A stretch of 64,000 nucleotides of DNA from the NCBI GenBank assembly GCA_963775665.1, contig CAVZJZ010000057.1:17036-81035 (forward strand), given 5' to 3'. Below, piece after piece: positions 57,375 to 64,000 of this stretch. Position numbers and translations under genes: made by a program. The first letter of the stretch is position 1. Every line of letters starts with the position of its first letter. The notes below the pieces were generated by a model. That model had not been told where the DNA came from. It saw nothing but the letters and a program-made list of their open reading frames with translations, and ran no database searches. This DNA comes from an uncultured Alphaproteobacteria bacterium. GTDB taxonomy: Bacteria > Pseudomonadota > Alphaproteobacteria > Rhizobiales > Beijerinckiaceae.

Positions 57375-58385
57375 TGGACAAACGTCCTGGCCATGAAGTC
57401 CTCATTCGGCGAGGGCCACGGCGCCGTGGCCGCGCGATCGGCGGCCGCCTTGACGGCCGCGCGCGCCTCGGCCGTCATGCGTTCCGCATCGGCGTCGGTG
57501 ATGAGGTCGGCAGCGCGGAGTTCAGAGCGGTAGAGCAAGAGCGGATCTCGCTTCAACCAGGCTTCGACCTCCGCCGGATCGCGATACTTGGCAGGATCGG
57601 TGCGCGAATGGCCGCGATGGCGATAGGTCTTGCACTCGATGAACGTAGGTCCTTCGCCGTCCCGGGCGCGCTCGACCGCCGCGGCTGCAGCCTCATAAAC
57701 GGCGAGGACGTCGTTGCCGTCGACCTTTTCGGTCTGCATGGAATAGCCCGCGGCCCGGATGACGAGGTCTTCATATGGCGTCGTGTGAAGGATGTGGCTG
57801 AACTCCCCATAGAGATTGTTTTCGCAGACGAAGACCACCGGGAGTCTCCAGACCTGCGCCAGATTCATGGCCTCGTGAAAGGCGCCGATGTTGACCGCCC
57901 CGTCGCCGAAAAAGCAGACCGATACCTGTCTGCGGCCGGCAAGTTGCGCCGACAGTCCTGCGCCGACGGCCACCGGCAGGCCGGCGCCCACAATCCCGAA
58001 GGCGCCGATCAGACCGCGATCGATGTCTGTGAGGTGCATCGAGCCGCCAAGTCCGCCGCAAACGCCCAATGCGCGGCCGAATAGCTCGGCGAAAGCCGCC
58101 TCGAGGTCCATGCCTCGCGCGAGACATTGGCCGTGTCCGCGATAGGTGTAGCTGACGTAGTCGTCGTCCCCGAGCGCCTTGGCGACCCCGGCTGAGACGG
58201 CCTCCTGCCCGTTGCAGAGATGGGTCGTCCCGTGAACAAGTCCGTCGAGGTAAGAACGTTGAACCTGTTCTTCGAACTCGCGGATCAGCGTCATGGTCCT
58301 AAAGAGGTCGATCCGATCCTCGACGCTCAGCGCCGCGGCGCTTGTTGCTCGCGCTCGCGCCTCGCAGCGGCGCCGGCTCGGTCAT
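57371..58385 (-). CDS. 2-oxoacid/acetoin dehydrogenase E1 alpha (5' frameshift)
   Basis: GQEA, YRGHG, GGSMH, TPP motif GDGA..N, CENN.Y, TYR.RGHS. Confidence 0.93.
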
Positions 58386-58419
58386 CGCGCTTCGCTCCCC
58401 CAATATTTCCCTGGTTTGG

Positions 58420-59539
58420 TCATACGCTATATTTTCGGATGGTGTCCGCGTCGAGCTCCAGTCCGAAGCCTGGTCCTGACGGCACCGCATAAAAACCGTC
58501 CTTGAGCGGCGATCGATTGGCGACGAGACGATAGAACATCGGATCGCGATCCGGATGAAATGTCTCCAGGTAGGTCCCGTTCGGAATCGCCGCGAGCAGA
58601 TGGGCGGAAATCTGTGGTTCCTCGTGATGGCCCATCTCGACGGCGAACGAGGCCGCCAGCGCCGCCACGCGTCGCCACTCAGTCGGCCCGCCGCTCCAGC
58701 TGGCGTCGAAGTTGCAGACGTCGATCGCGCCCGACATCATAAGGTCCCGACAGCCGGAGCGGGAGATCTCGCTTTGGCCGGCGCAGATCGGAATACCCGT
58801 CTGGTTGCGCGCGGCGGCCATGTCGAGGCGGTCGTTCTCCCAGCGAACCGGCTCTTCAAACCAGCGAATGTTGAGATCGGCGGCGAGGCGGGAGAATTCG
58901 ACGGCCTGTCGCAAGGTCCAGGCCTGATTGGCGTCGACGACGAGAACAAAATCATCGCCGACCGCTTTGCGCGCAACCCGCACCCGCTCCGCGTCTTCAC
59001 GGGGAGTCCGACCGCCAACCTTGAATTTGCAGCCCGCATGACCCTGTCGTTTGATCTGCTCCATCTCGCGACCGAAGTCGGCCAGCGTCTTGCCTTCCTC
59101 GTAATAGCCCGCGATGCAGATCGAGGGGAGGCGATCGGCATAGCCGCCCCACAGCTTGTAAAGCGGCGCATCGAGCGCCTTGCCGACTGCGTCCCAGAGC
59201 GCACTGTCGACGCAGGCCTGGGCGCACATCGCGAGCTTCCGATCGCGCAGGATGTTGGTGCTCGGCTTGCGCATGAGCTCCCAGCAGCCCTCGATGTTGA
59301 AGGCGTCCTTGTCGATCAGCAGCGGCTGCATCTCGTCGAGGATGATCTTGACGACCTCGCCCTGGGTTTCGAATTCGTCGCCATTGTAGATCTCGCCGAT
59401 GATCACCCGCCGAGGTGTACACCCTGGTGATGATGGTGCAGCGATGCGTCATGAAGTAGTTGCTGCCGCGAAATGTGCGCGGAAGCGGCATGCTGAGCGG
59501 CACGCATTCAATGCGTTCGATCCTCAACTGAGGCGCCAT
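58420..59539 (-). CDS. Mandelate racemase/enolase-superfamily protein (frameshift near 59408)
   Basis: DSALWDAVGK, KFKVG, DANQ, WFEEP, AGQSE, PGFGLE. Confidence 0.92.
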
Positions 59540-59716
59540 CGGGATTCTCTAAACCTTGAGATTGCCCGAAGCTAGGAGGAGCCTCCGACAGGGTCAAGAC
59601 GGAGCACGACTTAAGGGTCGGGTGACCGGGAAGCGCACTTCGGAAGTTGCAAGGCGCTGAGCATATCGTAGCATGTGCAGCGCAAGTCGGGCGGTCGAGG
59701 CAAGGGCGGAAGCGTA

Positions 59717-60763
59717 ATGACTCGAAGGGCGCGCATTGGAGTGATCGGCGCCGGCTGGTGGGCGGCAGTCAACCATTTGCCGGTGCTGAAGGCGAACAGG
59801 GATTGCGAGATTGTCGCAGTCAATCGCCTCGGTTCGGCGGAGCTGGCCGAGTTGCAGCGAAAATTTGAAGTGCCGCTCGGATTCGAGGATTATCGGGTCA
59901 TGCTCGACCAGGTCCCGATGGATGGCGTGGTGATCTCCTCGCCTCACTTGCTGCATCACGAGCATGCAGTCGCGGCGCTCGACAAAGGCTGTCATCTGCT
60001 GGTGGAAAAGCCTTTGACGACGACAGCCGCCGATGCTCGCGACCTCATCGCCAAAGCCCTTGCCGCCGGCAAACAGGTGATCGTGCCCTACGGCTGGAAC
60101 TTCAAAGGATGGACAGACGAGGCCCGGGCGCTGGTCGCCAACGGCGAGATCGGCCGGATCGAGCACGTCGTGCTCCAGATGGCCTCGGCGCTGGAGGACC
60201 TCTTCGCCGGCCGGCCGATGAAGGAGACCGAGGGGCACATGTTCCGTCCTCCGCCTTCGACCTGGGCCGATCCCGCGCGGGCGGGAGGCTACGGCTGGGG
60301 CCAGCTCGTGCATGCGCTGGGGCTCCTGTTCCGCATCGCCGACCTTGAGCCGTCGCGCGTGTTCGCCGTGACCGGCAAGTCGCCGACGGGAGTGGACTAC
60401 TACGATGCCGCCGTCGTGCAGTTCGCCAACGGGGCGACCGCTTCCGTCTCGGGTTCGGCGACGGCGCCCAAGCACCGGGGCAACCAGATCGATCTGCGCA
60501 TTTTCGGCTCCGAAGGCGTGCTTCTGCTGGACATCGAGCGAGAGCGGCTGGAAGTACGCCGCCGAGACGGACGGGACACTGTGGTCGAAATGCCGGCCGG
60601 CTCGGGCGCCTATGCATGCGACAAGCCGTTGAACATTTTGGTTGATATTTGTCTTGGCAGGCCGGTCGAGAACCAGTCGCCGGGCACGGTCGGCATGCGC
60701 GCCGTTGAAGTTTTGGACGCGCTCTACCGCTCGGCCCGATCCGCGCGCCTTGAAGAGGTGTGA
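59717..60763 (+). CDS. Gfo/Idh/MocA oxidoreductase
   Basis: GVIGAGWW, HLLVEKP, GGYGWGQLVH. Confidence 0.9.
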   Translation: MTRRARIGVIGAGWWAAVNHLPVLKANRDCEIVAVNRLGSAELAELQRKFEVPLGFEDYRVMLDQVPMDGVVISSPHLLHHEHAVAALDKGCHLLVEKPLTTTAADARDLIAKALAAGKQVIVPYGWNFKGWTDEARALVANGEIGRIEHVVLQMASALEDLFAGRPMKETEGHMFRPPPSTWADPARAGGYGWGQLVHALGLLFRIADLEPSRVFAVTGKSPTGVDYYDAAVVQFANGATASVSGSATAPKHRGNQIDLRIFGSEGVLLLDIERERLEVRRRDGRDTVVEMPAGSGAYACDKPLNILVDICLGRPVENQSPGTVGMRAVEVLDALYRSARSARLEEV

Positions 60764-60797
60764 CTGCGTTGGCGAAGCGTTCGCCTGGGGAAGCGGC

Positions 60798-61596
60798 ATG
60801 AGCGGAAAAGACCTTCGTCGCGGCGGTCTCGACCGTCTGACCGTGGAAGACATTCTCACCCCAGGATTCTCGACGCCCTGGGATGCGCCGACAATCCCAC
60901 CGTTCCCTTTCACCTTCCGCGATGTCGAGGTGTTGACTCTCGCGTGGCGGACTCGCGAAGCGGCGGTCGCGCGGCTGCTGCCGCCGCCGCTCGAGCCGAC
61001 ATCCGACGTGGTGCTCGCCCATGTCTATCGTATGGGCGACGTCGATTGGCTTGGCGCCTACGGCGAAAGCAACGTGTCCGTCGGCTGCAATCTGCCGGGG
61101 GCGGAGATAGCCGGTTCGTATTCGCCCTATCTCTTTCTGTCGTCGGATGTGGGAGTCGCCCATGGCCGGGAAGTGCACGGTCAGCCAAAGAAATTCGGCG
61201 AGCCCATCATCGATATTCGCGGCGATCTTACGGTCGGCATCGTCAGGCGCAACGGAATCGATGTGTTGACCGGAACCATGCCGACGAGACAGCGACCAGA
61301 CAGTCTCGACAGCCTGACACGACATTTCGATTTCGCCCTAAATATCAATCTGAAAGCGATCGACCAGATCGACGGCCGCCCGGCGATCCGGCAACTGACC
61401 GCGCGGCGACTGGCCGACGTGCGCGTCCACGAATGCTGGGGCGGACCCTGCACGGTCGAATTGCGCCCTAACGCCCAGGCTCCGATTCATCGCCTGCCTG
61501 TCGTCGACATGCTCGACGGTCTTTACTGGCGGGCAGACTTCACGCTTGTCCCGGGGCGCATTATTCACGACTATCTCGCTGCAGGAATCTGCATAG
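60798..61596 (+). CDS. Acetoacetate decarboxylase-like protein (3' end approximate)
   Basis: LLPPPLE, GREVHGQPKK Schiff-base motif, APIHRLPV, DFTL. Confidence 0.85.
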
Positions 61597-61609
61597 CGTC
61601 GCGCCCGCC

Positions 61610-62680
61610 ATGTCGCAGCGCAAGGCCATCATCAACAGGGAGCGAACGCCCTTGCGCCTCCATCTTTTCACGCCCGACGCCCAATATCCTGACGACGGCG
61701 AGATCGAGCGGGAGACGGCTGGGCCCGATGTCGCCTGGACAATCTGCCGGGAGCGCAAGGTCGAGCGCCTTCCCGTCGACGCTCTTGCGCAAGCGGACGG
61801 CGTCGTGTCGTGGCACGAGATGCGGATCGACGCCGGCTTCATCGCCAGAGCGCCGAGATGCCGAGTGATCGTGCGCGCGGGCGTTGGCTTCGATCACATC
61901 GATCTGGAAGCGGCGGGCCGGGTCGGGATCCCGGTATGCAATACGCCGGACTATGGCACGAGCGAAGTCGCCGACCACGCGATTGCGCTGATGTTTGCGC
62001 TGACCCGCGGCATTGTCTGCTTTCATGAGCATCTCGTTCGGGATCCGGTTGGCGGGTTCGACAGCGCGCGCGCCCCCCTCGTCCGCCGTTCCCGCGGCAG
62101 AACCTTCGGAGTGGTGGGCTTTGGCCGGATTGGCACCGCGACCGCGCTTCGCGCCAAGGCCTTCGGCTTCAAGGTCGTCGGTTTCGACCCCTATGTTTCG
62201 GCCGGAACCGAGATTGCGATCGGGATCGAGCGCGTGGGTTCGCTCGAAGCGCTCCTCGACGTCGCCGATGTCATCAGTCTTCATTGCCCGCTGAGCGCGG
62301 AAACCAAGGGGATGATCGGCGCCGATGCGTTCCGGCGGATGAGGTCGAATGCAATCCTGATCAACACCGCGCGAGGCCAGATCGTCGATATTCCTGCAAT
62401 GATCGCGGCCATCCGCGACGGCTCCATCGCGGGTGCGGGCATTGATGTGCTGCCGGCCGAACCGCCCGACACCAATGATGAGATCGCGATCGCCTATCGC
62501 GATCTCAAGGCGGCCGGAATCGTCGATCGGCTCGTCCTGACGCCGCACGCCGCATGGGCGAGCCCCGAAAGTCGCGCCGACGCACGACGGCTCGCGGTCG
62601 AAACCGCAATGCTGTACCTGGCCAAAGGGCGCCTGCGCAATCTTGTGAACGGTTCGTTCCTGGCCGCCGCGCGACGGTAG
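61610..62680 (+). CDS. D-2-hydroxyacid dehydrogenase (CtBP-like)
   Basis: RAGVGFD, PDYGTSEVADH, GFGRIG, INTARG, TPHAAW. Confidence 0.92.
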   Translation: MSQRKAIINRERTPLRLHLFTPDAQYPDDGEIERETAGPDVAWTICRERKVERLPVDALAQADGVVSWHEMRIDAGFIARAPRCRVIVRAGVGFDHIDLEAAGRVGIPVCNTPDYGTSEVADHAIALMFALTRGIVCFHEHLVRDPVGGFDSARAPLVRRSRGRTFGVVGFGRIGTATALRAKAFGFKVVGFDPYVSAGTEIAIGIERVGSLEALLDVADVISLHCPLSAETKGMIGADAFRRMRSNAILINTARGQIVDIPAMIAAIRDGSIAGAGIDVLPAEPPDTNDEIAIAYRDLKAAGIVDRLVLTPHAAWASPESRADARRLAVETAMLYLAKGRLRNLVNGSFLAAARR

Positions 62681-62836
62681 GCCCCGCTCAAGCGAGGCCC
62701 AGGTCGCCAAAACTGGTCTTCGATCTGGAAAGACTTTTCAACTTGCGCCATCATTGTCGCCGCGTTCGGTTCGAAACGCTGCGGCGACGAACTGGCGCTC
62801 GGGGAGCTGAAGCGGCTGCGGGGAGGTTTGTCGTCC

Positions 62837-63862
62837 ATGAATCCGTTCGAAACCAGAAAGCTTGGAAACACAGGCGTGGAGCTCACGCAACTTGGCTTCG
62901 GGAGCGCCCCGCTGGGCGAACTCTTTGTCCGGGTCGACGAAGCAACCGCCGCCGCCACGCTTAAGGCGGCCTGGGACGCGGGCATACGCTATTACGACAC
63001 GGCGCCATACTACGGCAGGGGTCTCGCCGAAATTCGCTGCGGGCGCTTCCTCGATACGAAGCCGCGTTCTGAATTCGTCTTGTCGAGCAAAGTCGGGCGC
63101 TGGTTTTTCCCGCCGGCGAAGCCGGACGCGTTCCAGACCGAACCCTGGGCCGGCGGGCTCCATTTCGATCTCGTGCATGACTACAGCTACGACGGGATCA
63201 TGCGGTCTTATGAGCAGTCGCAAATGCGGCTCGGGATGAACCGCATCGACCTTCTCCTGATTCACGATCTCGACTTCTGGTTTCACGCCTCCGAAGCCAA
63301 GGTCTCGGCCTATCTCACCCAGCTCTTCACCTCGGGTTGGCGAGCGCTCGACCAGCTGCGCTCGCACGGGCTGGTGCGCGGCGTGGGCGCCGGGATCAAC
63401 GAACTCGGAATGATGCCCCGCTTCCTCGATGCGCTCCCGCTGGATTTCTTTCTGGTGGCGCTCCGCTACACGCTGATGGAGCAGGATGTTCTGAAGGCGG
63501 AGTTTCCTTACTGTCAGCGCCTCGGGGTCGGGGTCGTTGTTGGGGGCGTGTTCAACTCGGGGATCACCGCAACCGGTCCGGCGCCCGGCGCGAAGTACAA
63601 CTACAGGGACGCCACGCCGGAAGAGATCGACCGGGTCGCCAAAATGAAGGCCGTATGCTCGGCCCACGGCGTGCCGCTGGCGGCGGCGGCCCTCCAGTTC
63701 CCGCTCGCCCATCCGATTGTCGCCTCGATCATTCCCGGCGCGATCAGCCCGGACCAGGTGCGGCAGAACGTCGAGCATTGCCGGCTCCCGATCCCCGCAT
63801 CCCTCTGGTCGGACCTGAAGGGAGCAGGCCTGATCTCGAGCGACGCGCCGACGCCGCACTGA
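62837..63862 (+). CDS. Aldo/keto reductase (D-threo-aldose/L-fucose dehydrogenase-like)
   Basis: LGFGSAPLG, DTAPYYG.G, SKVGR, DYSYDG, IHD, GGVFNSG. Confidence 0.88.
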   Translation: MNPFETRKLGNTGVELTQLGFGSAPLGELFVRVDEATAAATLKAAWDAGIRYYDTAPYYGRGLAEIRCGRFLDTKPRSEFVLSSKVGRWFFPPAKPDAFQTEPWAGGLHFDLVHDYSYDGIMRSYEQSQMRLGMNRIDLLLIHDLDFWFHASEAKVSAYLTQLFTSGWRALDQLRSHGLVRGVGAGINELGMMPRFLDALPLDFFLVALRYTLMEQDVLKAEFPYCQRLGVGVVVGGVFNSGITATGPAPGAKYNYRDATPEEIDRVAKMKAVCSAHGVPLAAAALQFPLAHPIVASIIPGAISPDQVRQNVEHCRLPIPASLWSDLKGAGLISSDAPTPH

Positions 63863-64000
63863 GGGCCTGCCGCCCGACTGTCTCGCGGCCGCGACCCGGC
63901 GACATACTGCAATTGGCGCATGGCCAGGATCCGCTGACGGGCGCGCCGACGAGCAGAACCATCGGCTCCACGCTTTTGTCAACGACCTTAACGCGCCCTA

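Noticed and set aside
59625-59650. GGAAGCGCACTTC as a LacI operator in the divergent promoter
   Set aside because: Imperfect palindrome, not seen in other promoters here, and no LacI gene in the window
1-64000. Numerous frameshifts read as pseudogenisation or programmed frameshifting
   Set aside because: They hit essential and accessory genes alike as isolated single-base indels without consistent slippery sites or accumulated stops; most consistent with long-read error

Overview
GC-rich alphaproteobacterial chromosome segment (Hyphomicrobiales-like by gene content; inference). Single-base frameshifts break many genes, including essential ones (pntA/B, tilS, cobT), so they are most likely long-read errors. 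1-28.6 kb holds mostly housekeeping genes (pntAB, M23/LytM, ppa, fpr, pal-cpoB-tilS, mtgA, calB-like ALDH, cobT) plus a ROK-regulated GH43/ThuA/Gfo/ABC glycoside locus. 29.6-64 kb is a dense sugar/sugar-acid catabolic region with no recognisable regulator: three monosaccharide ABC systems, a mutarotase, five SDRs, GMC, AKR and Gfo oxidoreductases, two lactonases, two enolase-superfamily enzymes, an E1a/E1b/E2 2-oxoacid dehydrogenase and an acetoacetate-decarboxylase-like protein, interrupted by an IS256. The most unusual signal is non-coding: a ~460-bp dispersed element (24.37-24.83 kb; inverted at 53.12-53.54 kb; half copy at 54.91-55.09 kb). It has a central IHF-consensus site flanked by clusters of TAACAGGG boxes, bracketed by 19-bp quasi-palindromic direct repeats. 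A related 1.1-kb gene-free region (3.43-4.58 kb) has IHF-like sites, phased repeats and a LexA-box-like promoter with no obvious gene.
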